Assembly: GCF_030684315.1 (NCBI RefSeq)
Contig: NC_081373.1
Coordinates: forward strand, 23,847,989 to 23,911,988
From: Stegostoma tigrinum
Lineage: Eukaryota
Reading direction: 5' to 3'
Length of the DNA stretch: 64,000 nt
The notes under the pieces are model-generated. The model had not been told where the DNA came from and searched no databases. It saw nothing but the letters and a program-made list of their open reading frames with translations. The translations under genes were made by a program, and so were the position numbers. This document shows positions 49,170 to 62,019 of the stretch, piece after piece. The stretch's first letter is position 1. Each line of letters opens with the position of its first letter.

Positions 49170-49870
49170 ATCACTGAATTTGGCTTGTCCTGTCTGCACT
49201 GGCTCTCTGAATGAACAATTCACCAAATACCAGTCCCAAGTCTTCACCCTTTAGCCTGCACACTTCTCCTTTTTCGATAATAATCTCAGTCCGTCTTGAA
49301 TGTCTCAAATAAACTTGCTTTTGCCCAATCTCGGGCAGCACATTTGTTGCATGAAAATGTTTCTTATGTTGCTTTGTCTTCTTCTGCCAATTAACGTAAA
49401 TCTGTACCCTCGTGTTCACAATCTTTCTATCTGTGCAAGCAGTTTTCATGCTTGTACTCCGAACAGACCCCAATGATTTGAACACTTCTATTAAAAGTTT
49501 TTTCAAACTTCTCTTCTCCAAGAAAAATAGTCCCTAGCCCAGCGGACCTTTAGAACTGAAAATCCTCACCCCTCGAACCAATCTCAGCAATCTTTTACAC
49601 ACTCTCACCAATGCCTTCACTTCAAAAGAGTGGCATCCAGACAAAATCCAGTGCTGCAGTTGAGTTGAACCGATGTTTTATACATGATTAGCTTAATTTT
49701 CTTGTTCTTCTACCCTATGCCTTTATTGATAAGCTCAAGATACTGTTTGCTTTGTTAACTGCTCTCTAAGCCTGTCCTATCACCTTCAATAATGTTTGTT
49801 CACATGCATCCAGGTTCCTTGGCATCCCTTTTAAAATTGTGTCCTTCATTTTACGTTATCCCCCTGCCTT
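49170..49870 (-). mobile_element. Old CR1 LINE 3' fragment
   Basis: Minus ORF MEKRSLKKLLIEVFK corresponds to the decayed CR1 EKRRLRGDLIEVFK motif. Confidence 0.55.
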
Positions 49871-50723
49871 CCTCCCACCTCAATAAACAGCATGCACATG
49901 TCTCCAAGCTTGGGTGACAGTTGTTATTGCCTGCTGCATTTTACATCAGTCCAACACATATTGATGAATACCAGTTTCCAGGAAGTAAACTGAGTACACC
50001 TGGCATCATTTTACTCAGAATATCTAGCCAAACAATAATGTTTAACACAATAACTATGCCTTTCAGAAACTTTACCTTAATTTAGCCCCTTCCCAATCGT
50101 GTGAAATACCTTATTAAGCTATCATCCCAGATTTTAGTAATCTACGTTGACTCCTTGCTCCCTCACACTTCCTATTTAAAATTCTCATTCTCATGTTCAG
50201 ATTTTTCATGGCCTAGACCTTCATTTTTATTATGACCTCATCAAGCCCTACCACCCCATCTTGAACTCTAAGTTTTGCCCCCTATGGCGTGCCCATCACA
50301 TTGCTAATAGTGGTTGTGCCTTCAATCAGCTAGGCCCAAGGTTTTGGAATTCTTGGCTTGCATCACTCTTCTCCATCACCTTTCTTTCCTCCTTTTAAAA
50401 ACTTCCTTAAGGCCCACCTCTTTGATCAAGCCTTCAACAATACTTTTTATTATGACCTCCTTTGATTCAGTTTCCATTTCATTCATGCTGGGGATGGAAT
50501 TTGTAGGCTGGAATTTGTAGGCCCCAATGAGGGTGGGTACGGAGTTAGGCAGGTGTGAAATTTCACTGCTGATTTACCAGCAACACACTGTCCTGGACTA
50601 TTTCCATGACTGTCAGATGAGGCGGGGTGCTGTGGCAGGACTATTCACCTACAAAAGGTACAGAGCTACATAAGACTGATGAAAGGCCTCCTAAGGTCAA
50701 AAGCTGACTCGAATTTTCCAGCT

Positions 50724-50929
50724 AATAAAGTGTGAAGCTAGATGAACACAGCAGGCCAAGCAGCATCTCAGGAGCACAAAAGCTGACGTTTCGGGCCTAG
50801 ACCCTTCATCAGAGAGGCCCGAAACGTCAGCTTTTGTGCTCCTGAGATGCTGCTTGGCCTGCTGTGTTCATCCAGCTTCACACTTTATTATCTTGGATTC
50901 TCCAGCATCTGCAGTTCCCATTATCATCA
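50724..50929. mobile_element. Penelope-terminal hairpin element
   Basis: Near-perfect inverted arms; TSD aattttccagct at 50712-50723 and 50930-50941. Confidence 0.9.
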
Positions 50930-52470
50930 AATTTTCCAGCTGACTTCCAGGCACCCTAAATCTTCAGGAATCCACCTGACTGTCCGTCTGACGGCGACTT
51001 CCCAGTGGTTGACCAAGGAACGTGTGCTGCAGGCAGGGTTTGAGGTCTAGGAGGGGCTGTGTGCATGATAGCAATGTCACTAGACTAGACCAATAATCCA
51101 GAAATTTATGTTAACGTTCTGGGAATGCACAATTCCCAGAATCCTCGGAATTTTTAGTCAATGTTTCTTAATATTGATTTCTGCCTTTGGCAACTGATGA
51201 TAATAATACAATCTTCTATGGTTAATGTCAATTTGATGTTGTCCAGACTGAGACTGTTATTTTGCTAGAATAATTGATATCTTATATAAGTAGTATCATT
51301 TTTGATTACTAAATTATGTACATTTAAAATCAGGACAACACTAGAGTCATCATTTGTGACTGCAGAACTCCTGTCTTCCTGCTGTCAGATTAACCTAACA
51401 GGCAATTATTATCAATCCCCTCCATTGAAAAACAACTTAATGAAAATAAACAGCTCAGACAACATGCTGAGACACAATAATATTTCAAAGTTACCTTTTT
51501 AAGATTATGAACATTGTGACACGGTGGCAATATGACATATATACAATGAAGACAAGGTATCACAGTGGTGAAATGTTTTAATGTATGTTGAGAATCCTAA
51601 TTCACAAGAACTGAAGGCATACGCAAGTTACAAATTTCCTGAGCTGGGAGTAATCAGAGGCGTAGATGCAGACAAGGTCTGACGTCTGAACGTCACTACC
51701 CACCCACCAAAACCTGCTTCTTTCCTTGAATGCCTGCATCCACAAAGAAGAAACAAAACTTGGATAACCCAAGGGGCATGCATTGAGTGGTGAACATTAG
51801 GACCAGGAGGCTGCTGCTGTCTGGTTAACCTTGATTGCCGCTGTTGCAGCTAATGATTGCCTGCCAATTGGTTCTATGCAGTGAGTCATCTTCTTGGTTA
51901 GGGAGATCTGTTCGTTGCCACCAAACAGGTCCACCCCCATATTTAGGTAAACAAAGGGAAAATTGCTCCCCCATGAAGATACTCGAATGCAGAGTCAACT
52001 TTCTTTTGAGATTGAAAGCTGTTCTCCCCACTCGAGCCCTTGTGCGATCATATTGGGTGGAGCTTAATGCACTGTTCAGCATTAACCCGTTCAAAACCAA
52101 AGATCCCGTACAACAGTTTGCTCAACAATGTTATTAAAATTAGAACTGTCAAAGTACCTTTACCTATTCTTTTGTGGCAAGTACTGCCACTGAGTCTGCA
52201 AAGTCCCGGGGATTCTGTGAAAATGAATGGCTTTTGTGAGGTTTTACACTTATTTTCAGAAGGTGGCGCAGACATTTAATGGTGAGGCATGTTTATTTCA
52301 TACAGGAATTGGTACTGAAGGGCTCATATGGCATGGAGCATTAGTCTGTTTACTCCATGCTGGAAATATGCCTTGTGGGAGTGCAATGTCATCATCCACT
52401 GTATATATCGAAAAGAAAAACAGACATTGTGCAAATTTCTGCTCCCAGTGCAGACTGTTTCAGACTGTAT

Positions 52471-53144
52471 CAGTGATAATGGGAACTGCAGATGCTGGAG
52501 AATCCAAGATAATAAAATGCGAGGCTGGATGAACACAGCAGGCCCAGCAGCATCCCAGGAGCACAAAAGCTGACGTTTCGGGCCTAGACCCTTCATCAGA
52601 GAGGGGGATGGGGTGAGGGTTCTGGAATAAATAGGGAGAGAGGGGGAGGCGGACCGAAGATGGAGAGAAGAGAAAATAGGTGGAGAGGAGCGTATAGGTG
52701 GGGAGGTAGGGAGGGGATAGGTCAGTCCAGGGAAGATGGACAGTTCAAGGAGGTGGGATGAGGTTAGTAGGTAGGAGATGGAGGTGCAGCTTGGGGTGGG
52801 AGGAAGGGATGGGTGAGAGGAAGAACAGGTTAGGGAGGCAGAGACAGGTTGGACTGGTTTTGGGATGTAGTGGGTGGAGGGGAAGAGCTGGGCTGGTTGT
52901 GCGGTGAGGTGGGGGGAGGGGACGAACTGGGCTGGTTTTGGGATGTGGTGGGGGAAGGGGAGATTTTGAAGCTGGTGAAGTCCACATTGATACCATTGGG
53001 CTGCAGGCTTCCCAAGTGGAATATGAGTTGCTGTTCCTGCCACCTTCGGGTGGCATCATTATGGCACTGCAGGAGGCCCATGATGGACATGTCATCTGAA
53101 GAATGGGAGGGGGAGTGGAAATGGTTTGCGACTGGGAGGTGCAT
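52471..53144 (-). mobile_element. Penelope-like element 3' fragment (GIY-YIG C-terminus + terminal repeat)
   Basis: Minus ORF HLPVANHFHSPSHS.DDMSIMGL..EQQLIFHLGSLQPNGIN, same family as 14625-17054; TSD tgtttcagactgtat at 52456-52470 and 53145-53159. Confidence 0.92.
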
Positions 53145-53305
53145 TGTTTCAGACTGTATGTTCGCTTGGGTTGTATGTGAAAGCACTGAATCCCATATAG
53201 TAGCCCTTAAAGGGGCCCGCCATCAAAAAAGTAATTTTAAAACATATTAACAGGTTTAACATTGCAATTTTTTTTGTTCTTTCTCTTTTTACATTTTCAT
53301 GCCAG

Positions 53306-53410
53306 GTTAAATACCATGAAGACTATGAGAGGAATATTAAAGGAAATTGGAGCCAAGCAGCAGGTGCTCAAGTTGCTATGATAAGAGAAAATTCAGTGAA
53401 GTACAGTCAG
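53306..53410 (+). CDS. NRAP: NRAP exon 8 (VKYHEDYERNIKGNWSQAAGAQVAMIRENSVKYSQ)
   Basis: 105 bp, strong polypyrimidine acceptor, donor CAG|GTTGG; similar to human VRYHQQYQKEMRG...GAEGILTRE..QYGQ. Confidence 0.9.
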
Positions 53411-53699
53411 GTTGGTCACCTAGCAGAAAGCAGTCTCTCTTTTCTCGATCATGTCCATTCTGAATTATCTGTCAGTCAGCTTTAAAATGTGTATTTCATA
53501 ATTGACTAGTTAATAAAAAATGTGAAACATTAATGAAGCATAAGAATGTTTTAAATTGACGTTTGATGTCAATGTTTTTCTTATTATTTTGCTTCACACT
53601 TTCCTTACTGGGAGCGAACATTGTTTTAAAAACACTGTTGCCTTAGAGTCCATTTTGTACAGCAGACATGCAATATGAATGTTCTGCCTGTGGCCATGC

Positions 53700-53785
53700 C
53701 TCTCCAGCTAAAAATAACTACTTGGAAGACACAGTTATATATAGATTTCAATGCAGAGGACTTTGCATGAGTATTTAGCTACTTT
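53700..53785 (+). promoter_or_regulatory. Intronic MEF2 site
   Basis: CTAAAAATAA at 53708-53717 fits the MEF2 consensus YTA(A/T)4TAR. Confidence 0.3.
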
Positions 53786-54557
53786 AAGAAAAGACTCAAA
53801 ATTAATCCTGTTTAGTGTGTGTGTGTAAAACTGGTGCAAAAGTATCTAATTTCAGGTGCCAACATCTTGCTTTCAAAGACAATTTAAAGCCTCTCAAACC
53901 CAATATTGGGAAAAACTTTTTTTAGATGCCCCTGACAATCACTTAAAATAGAACTTAGTGCCAGTATTTGCATAAATCAATAGGCTATTACCTATTTCAG
54001 GCTTCCTGTGCTAAACGAATTAAACAGAAAGTGCTAAAGAAACTGAAGAGGTTTGTCAGCATCTGAGGAGCAAGTAACAGTTAACAGTTTCAGTCCAGTA
54101 TGCCTCTTTGAGTCATCTTGGATGGAAAGTTAACGTTAACTCTGTTTTCCTCTTTTTCCACAGATGTTACCAGACCTGTAGCACTTTCTGTTTATATTTC
54201 AGATTTCCAGCATCTGTATACCTTGTACTTATCAACTAAATTGGATTTTGTGGAGTGCTTTAGGAGCTGGGATTAAACCGCTGTGGATTAGTACATCACT
54301 TCTGCAGTTGAAGATGCAACTACCACCAAATGGTACTTTTTTTTTTACAAAATTAACTAGGCATTTCCCTGTGAAGCAGGAATACTGCCTCTCCCCCACC
54401 AACTCCATGTTGTTTGAGCTAACGTAGCTGCTGTTTCCCTCTACTAATAGACAGGTCAATGAGGGAAGTGGCTGCTCATTTGAAGAAATTAATGCCAAGC
54501 TGCTTGAGGAGATGCTAAAGATCCATTAGTGATAATGAAGCCTGCCAGATTTAGTCA

Positions 54558-54778
54558 GTGATAATGGGAACTGCAGATGCTGGAGAATCCAAGATAACAA
54601 AGTGTGAAGCTGGATGAACACAGCAGGCCAAGCAGCATCTCAGGAGCACAAAAGCTGATGTTTCAGGCCTAGACCCTTCATCAGAGAGCCGATGAAGGGT
54701 CTAGGCCTGAAACGTCAGCTTTTGTGCTCCTGAGATGCTGCTTGGCCTGCTGTGTTCATCCAGCTTCACACTTTATTA
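54558..54778. mobile_element. Penelope-terminal hairpin element
   Basis: TSD tgccagatttagtca at 54543-54557 and 54779-54793. Confidence 0.9.
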
Positions 54779-55389
54779 TGCCAGATTTAGTCATCTGGTT
54801 TTGGTATGGAATATTGTCATGTTCCTGCATTTGCTTCCAAAACTGGATACTAATGAGCTTCCACCCAAGAGTTAAATTGTCCTTTGCCTACAGTTTCAGG
54901 ACTCTTCAGATTAATTCAACACTCTCTTTGTTCCTTGATTCTGGGTGCCCTGATCCTTTTTACCGAGGAGCCACAATGTAAGAAGTCATTGTTTAGATTG
55001 GTCCCAAGAATCATATGCATTCTAGGTGGTTTAATTTCTGACAGGTGCTCTTAGTAGGCAGGGCTTCTCACTAGGAATGGGAATGATCCCATTCTGTGCT
55101 TTAGGACTGCTGGGAGTTTACCGGAGAACAATAGTTACAACCATTAGAAGACTCTTGCATGACCCTTCGTTGATTTGTGCCAGTTTTCCATCATTATGAT
55201 AATGAAAGCCCCCAGATGTGTTACAAGGTTGTGGTCTTTATGTTTTGAAAGCTTTTGTTTCATTTTTATTGTTAGATTGATTTTCAACAGTTACTCAGCG
55301 AAATGCCAAATAACATGATCCTTACATGCAAACTTCAGTACAAAAATAATTATTTTTGATTGCTAATATTGTCCTCTACTTCTGTACAG

Positions 55390-55497
55390 CCTGAGGACTC
55401 TGCTGATTATGAAGAACCCAGGGGCAAAGGCAGTTTCCCTGCTATGATCACACCAGCATACTACAATGCCAAGAGAGCTAATGAACTTGCAAGTGAT
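55390..55497 (+). CDS. NRAP: NRAP exon 9 (PEDSADYEEPRGKGSFPAMITPAYYNAKRANELASD)
   Basis: 108 bp, AG/GTAAG; diagnostic NRAP motif RGKGSFPAMITPAY. Confidence 0.96.
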
Positions 55498-56494
55498 GTA
55501 AGTATTAGAGGAAGTAAATAGGTCCTTTATACATACTGTTGTGCAGTGAAAATTATATCGTTCCAGAATTAGGTAACATTATCAGAAATTGACAGAGCTG
55601 CTCAGAAGCAGAAATGAATTTGTGTCCATGATAACCAAAACTACATTTGCAGTCTCAGCCATGTCAATGTTTTGACTTTCTGACAGGTGTTTGGAAGATT
55701 GCAGAGAAGATCTCTTTGCTTTTAAATCTTCCTGATAATTGAGTACAACATCAAAAGCAAATTATTTTCCTATCCTCTTGCTTTTCCATAGAAACTCTGG
55801 CCCTGACATTGCATGAGCACTCACCTAGTCACCTACTGTAATTCTGGAGGCTGGAGACTGGCAGTACCTCCAGCGTAGGCTGGAGTTCCTGGCTAACCTA
55901 TATCTTGCAATTTCAGGACCCATTACTCCACCCTTTGTCGTTGATTGTCCATGTGCCACTGATCACAAAGTTCCAGGCATCCAAGAGACTGTTTAATGTG
56001 TTTTAATGCATCCTCTGCAACTATCAAGTCTCCTTCCGAACCCATCAAGTGACAAAGTGGCTCAGAGACTCGGTTGCTACCCATTGCACTGTACAAACCT
56101 TCCTAAAACTAGTAACATGTGATCTCTGCTAATGTGATGGCACCTTGTTATTAAGCATGTATCATGAATAGATCTCTAGAGGTTCAGTTCTTCGACTGGT
56201 TTCAATCTGTGGTGTGGTCTTCTGCAGTGCCAAGTCAGAAACTATTAACCTATGAAATAAAATTTACGTTTATTTGCGTTGTTATTTAGTTTGCTGGCTA
56301 GTAGTTTGAGTCGAGACATCATATTAGAGCACAATTATTGATAGCTGCTCAAACCTTTGTCATCACTAAGAGGCAAAGCAATTGGGAATCAGTGTTAACT
56401 TTATGGTATAAGTGCTCAACAGACATTAAGGTTTCCTGTCTTCAGTGTATATGGTTAGAAATAGCTTAACAGCCAAATTGCTTTGTGGCTACAG

Positions 56495-56611
56495 GTAAAA
56501 TACAAAAAAGATCTTGCAAGGATGAAGGGATCAGCCCAATACCACATGCTAACTGCTGAAGAAGACATAACAATGAAGCGTGCCAAGGAAGTGAACAAGC
56601 TTGTCAGTGAG
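56495..56611 (+). CDS. NRAP: NRAP exon 10 (VKYKKDLARMKGSAQYHMLTAEEDITMKRAKEVNKLVSE)
   Basis: 117 bp, AG/GT; matches human IKYRQDFNKMKGAAHYH...VNKLVSE. Confidence 0.95.
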
Positions 56612-57089
56612 GTAACAGAGTTGTAATTAATTATGCAAACCAGGTTCATAGAGCACTTTGAACAAAATCTTTGTTAGTTTATGAAGTAAATAAAATATAG
56701 AATAGTTTACAATGTGATATTTATACTAAACAGCTTGATGTTTTTGCAGCAGGTGTATATGGCTGGAATTTCAAGTGAGTGTGTGTATTTATCTCATGTT
56801 AATAATAGCATTGCATGCTTGAATTATTTATGTTTTATGCTGCTATCTTTGTAGTCAATACTCTTTATCTCTAGCAAAACAGGTATCTGAAATTCTATGC
56901 TCTGGAATTTGTATTTGTGACAAAGGTGCTGGCTGTCGTTACTGTGTAAATTCATAGCAGTTTCTGGTTTCTGCAATATTTGTGCGAATTTAAAACTCTC
57001 TGTCAATAGTATTCTGCAAAGTGCAGTGTGGTACTCCTCATGTTAACACAGATTCATTGATTTGACTTGAAGTTAGTTTTACAGTAAAC

Positions 57090-57225
57090 ACAACATATGG
57101 ATATGGATGATAGTATAAGGTAGGGGTGGAGGTTAGAAAGACCTTAAGATTAGGATAAAAGTTCGGCACAGCATTGTAGGCCAAAGGGCCTGTGCTGTGC
57201 TGTACTGTTCTATGTTCTGTGTTCT
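57090..57225 (+). mobile_element. CR1/HER1 LINE 3' tail
   Basis: cggcacagcattgtaggccaaagggcctgtgctgtgctgtactgttctatgttct; a similar tail occurs at 14345-14455. Confidence 0.65.
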
Positions 57226-57699
57226 AACAAGTTCAGACTTGTTCAATCAGGATTATTACTGGTGCACTAAACCGTAGTCTGCTGGCCATTCTATGGAAGG
57301 AGACCCTCCACTGGAGTGATCGGGCAGCTACAGCCATTATTTAGGTTATGAATATAAGTGACTTTTCAGAGGGTACCTCAAAGCAGGAGTGTCCTTGCAG
57401 TCCCATTCCTGCAGTTGTAGTGCACACCTTTGCTAAACCTTCTCACCCCACCAATGTAGCACTCCTTCTGATGTGTTTTGTAGCTTCAGGATCCCACTTG
57501 GGTGTTCTTCAGCATAGCTGATAAAAGCCTGCACAGTTTGTCATTTTCATTGAAGGTGTGCACACACCTTTAGAGATTCTGGTGAACTGCTAATGTGTTA
57601 GACAACAAATCCCCAGGCTGAAAAATCCAGCATTCCAACAGTCCTGAACTGACTTCTTCACTACCTTAATCACTTTACCTACAGATCCACAGGGGCTAG

Positions 57700-58018
57700 A
57701 ATCATTGAAATCATTGAATTCAAGCAGGCCATTTGGCCCATCAAGTCACCATCTAAAGAGCATGTTACCCAGACCCATCCCATCCCTGCAGATCCCATGG
57801 CTAATCCACTTAAACTACACATCCCTGAACACAATGGGCAATGTAGAATGGCCAATCCACCTTTGCACATCTTTGGACTCTGGAGGAAACTGTAGCATTG
57901 GGAAGAAACAAAGAGAATGTGCAAACTGTACACAGACAGTCACCTGAGGGTAGAAGTGAACCCAGGTCCCTGACACTGTGAGGCAGCAGTGCTAACTGCT
58001 GAGCCACAGTGCTGCCCA
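57700..58018 (-). mobile_element. Full-length HE1-like SINE
   Basis: Reverse strand begins gggcagcactgtggctcagcagttagcactgctgcctcacag (tRNA-like A box), then B box and HE1 core. Confidence 0.88.
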
Positions 58019-58194
58019 CCATGGGTTCCCTCAATCTGCTCTGGTGAAAGCCAATACAGAGTATGTTGATGTCAGGATACACTTTGAGAAATTTCCCAAC
58101 CCTGCAGGCACCAGAACCTGTCATTATTGGACTGAAAAATATCTTACTGATGTATATTGTTTGTTTCTTAACTATTTTGGTTGTAACTTTTCAG

Positions 58195-58299
58195 ATAAAG
58201 TACAAGAAGGACTTAGACAATTCCAAAGGTTACAGCATTAACTACTGTGAAACACCTCAGTTCAAGAATATTGCCAAGTTAACTAAATTTACCAGTGAT
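58195..58299 (+). CDS. NRAP: NRAP exon 11 (IKYKKDLDNSKGYSINYCETPQFKNIAKLTKFTSD)
   Basis: 105 bp, AG/GTGAG; matches human VEYKKDLESSRGHSINYCETPQFRNVSKISKFTSD. Confidence 0.96.
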
Positions 58300-59211
58300 G
58301 TGAGTTATCACAATTTAATCTTGATTTTAGATCTAAAATAGTTTTGTGCTGATACTAACTAGTTCAGTTTGATAGGTTGATAATTACAAATGTGATTGTT
58401 AATTGTACATTAGTTATGCGCAAGCTTATACTGGTGGTGGCTATTAATAACAGTTGGGGTTAGTAACGGCACAGTGATTGTAGCTCTACCACTGAGTCCA
58501 GAGGCCTAGATTCAAGTCCCACCTGCTCCAGAGATATGAAATACGATCTTTGAACAAGGTTGGTCAGAAAGTATCTTAAATAGGAACAGAATGAAACTCT
58601 TGTTGATGGATTAGAAGGTAAACAGACTTATATTTGATATTCCACCCAGGATATGGTGTCACCAATACTCCTATTCCCGATCAATTTTCTGACTTTTGCT
58701 GTGACAGTCACTTTTGACTTTTCTCTGATAATCATATGACAGTACACCTTAATCTGACCTTTCTAATTTGCTCAGATTTTATAATACATTAATAGTCTCA
58801 GTAATATATCTATTAGAGAGTAACCTTGATTAAGAAGGTCCAGAGCAGGTACCCTGTTGAGAAATGTGGCATCAAATATAGGATGGGCGTCGATTTATTT
58901 ATTGCCTGACGGGATACCCCAAAATTCACCAGAAAAATTTAGGCTTTGTTCATTCAAGTATAAGTGAATTTGTAATTGTATGATAAGGTTTAGTTACTAG
59001 CAAACAGCCTTCCTAGCACTGAAAATTAATTTTTACACTTCCTGTAAAGTTAGTGGAAGATGTGCTATGTACATTATTTGTTGCCTACACTGATATCTAA
59101 AGATAAGAAAAAAGCTAGTAAATAAATACTTAAGTAATTTTATGCACCTTAAGTAGTTTATGATTGGAAAATGCAATGAACGAATTGACCCTCATTCGAT
59201 TTCTTACGTAG

Positions 59212-59319
59212 CTCAAATACAAAGAAGCTTACCATAATCAAGTGAAAGGCCATTATGAAGGAGTTGGTATGGACAGCCGCACACTGCATTGTATGAAGGT
59301 TGGAAGCTTAACAAGTGAT
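59212..59319 (+). CDS. NRAP: NRAP exon 12 (LKYKEAYHNQVKGHYEGVGMDSRTLHCMKVGSLTSD); gene continues beyond the window
   Basis: 108 bp, AG/GTAAG; matches human YEGVGMDRRTLHAMKVGSLAS. Confidence 0.96.
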
Positions 59320-62019
59320 GTAAGTAGAAATGAAAGCATTAAAGGTACAAACTGATTTTTAATTTCACTTTTGTGATGCTTTTGTCAAGTAATGATTTTT
59401 GATTCAAGTTGGGCCAATTGAATTTGTGATCTTCTAGTTGTAACAGTCTAATCTCTACAGTATATAACTGATTAGAACGATAAAACATTTTAAGAGAATA
59501 ATTTTGTGTATTAAGAGATACTCTTGGGTCATTTTGATGTTGACTTGTGCTGCTAAAATGCAACGAACCAACTCAGAAGTGAATTATGGTCTGTAGCACT
59601 CATGGCAAGCTAGCATTTGTGTAACAGTTACTTTTGTAAATACAATCAAAATCCATTCACTGTAGCAAATGCAACTCCAAGTATTGCATCATTGCTGCTA
59701 ATTTGCTAGATTGTACGGATTAATCATTGTTAGCAGCTATGTATGTAGTTGATCAGAATAAGCTGCATGTGTATTATTTCTTCCTATGTTAAAAAATGTA
59801 TTCAATATGCGTGGATCACCTTTCTAGCCACAGATGCATACATATCTTTCAATAACAGTTTTGGCCTACACTTCTTACCTCAACTTAATGGTTACCTTAC
59901 TAAACAATAATGCAACTAATTGGCATCAATCTTTATCTTCTTAACTGATTAGATTATGTCAGACTGAAGGTGTTATGCTTCATTTTGTAATGTATGCATC
60001 ACACTTGCACTTGGATGGTTCAAATTTAATTTTCTAGAAGGGAGTCAAATCCAAACAGCTCACCCCCAAAATTGAACCAGGTACATAAAGAAATATCCAA
60101 TAATAAACAACTGGATGGATATAAAAACAGCCCATTCTGAATGATGCAGAAAGAAAAATATTTGTACCAAGGGAAATCAATTTTTTTTAAGTCTGCAAAC
60201 TAATTGCAGGCTGAAAAAGATGTAGAGGCATGAGCAATTTCCAAAAATGTTACAATTTACTGAAAAATTACCCTTCTGAAGATTCTGTTTGTAGGTTTGT
60301 TTATGAATTTTGAGGTATCTGGGCTTGTGACTGGCTCAGAGAGTACTGTCTATACTCCTAAGTAATTAATTTCTGGCATGCTCATATGGAGCTGAATGTT
60401 AATCTGTACACTAGCAATTCTCAGCTATAAATGTTCCACCTGCTCTGAAGCATCTCAATGAGGATCAAGTCCAATCCTGTTACCATCTCTTACATCACAT
60501 TGCCGATTTATTACAACATTACCACATCATCAGAGTGATTAACAATTAATGACAATAGAGCTGCTACAAAATACTCAAAATAATCATTTTTTTCTTTAGA
60601 AATATTTGTAATGGACTGACAGATTTTGTATATGCACTTTAGCAATATTTCTCTTCTACTTAGTGAAACAATGTATGTGAAAAGTTTTACATTTGCAGAT
60701 TTTGTCAGGGCATCCCATGACTATGCAAACGTGTATTTTAGAATCGAGATAGATAGAATATTGACAATTGCTCCCGTGTTAATCTGAGACGTGAATAGTC
60801 ACCAGTTTTATGAAGATGGATCATTTGAATCATTTCAAACGCTTCAGACAGTGTGTTAACATTATCATTCTCAGTATCAACATAAAACATATATTCACCA
60901 CTCCCTGTCTCATCCCGTACATAAGTAGATTCAGGTTTGTCGATCGTGTGTTGTAGCTTGAAGTTACTCCTTGTTTTGTGGTCTGTTTGGATTGGTATAT
61001 GGCCCTTTGGAGCTGTGTTAGAGTTTGCTTAAATGCATTGCCTCTGTCAATGGCTTTTTCTGCCATATACCTTGAAAAATTGATTGAAAGCTGAGCATTT
61101 TCTTTGTATATGCAATCCACAGATCTTGCTATGTTTGGATGACCTAATCATTGTGTCCACTCTTGAGTTTGTGTATAGGACTTTGGTAAGCTTAATTGCA
61201 AGGAGCATTTCATACTTACACCAGCCCTGCAAGTATTTGATGCTAAAAATCATCAGATTGTGTAGAAAATAGTTCTGGACAGCTTCAATCACTTACTCAA
61301 CAATTCATTTCAATCACTCTCTATCCGAACAAAAAGTATTTTCTTTGCATCTGCTCACATAGCCTATTCATTCAATAGGCTCTGTCTATATGTCATGTTA
61401 ATTACAAAAGTTTAATGTTACTTTGAGTTGGTTTTCTAGTGTGGTTCATGCCCTTTGGGGATCTTTTTAGCTTCTGGGAAGATAATCATGATATGTTATG
61501 TCTGCATAGACCTTCATTCCCAATTGCCAAGCAAATCTTCATGGCTTGTTTTACTGCAGTGGACACATGGAGATCTCAAATGCACAGCTGTGAACGCTGT
61601 TCAAGCAATTGCATTCTGTTAGGAGATCTGATGTGTCCCAACTTGAACTAGGGATTTTATGAGATTTGCCTTTGATCTTCCCTTGCTATCACACTGTAAT
61701 CACTTACTTTCCTCAAGACCATGATTGTTCTGTTTTTCCACTGTTTGTGTTACTTCATAAGAATTGCTTATTTTGATTATATCTTGACCAAACTTCTTGG
61801 TGATACCTCCAAATCAGGGTACACTCCATATCTTCTGTTCTGTGCTTTCCTGATTAATTGAAATTTCTTCTCAGAATCTTTTGTTATGACGATTGAAAAT
61901 GCATTCACTTCTGAGATAGATTACTGCTAGAATGGTCTTACCACCACTGCCACCATTGTTTGTCAGTTGGTTCTAGTTTGAATAATCATTGGATTTTTAA
62001 AAATCCAATTCATGGGATG

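Noticed and set aside
57950-58018. tRNA genes suggested by A/B boxes (also 31270-31348 and 19830-19915)
   Set aside because: They are SINE heads followed by SINE bodies and LINE-derived tails, with no complete cloverleaf
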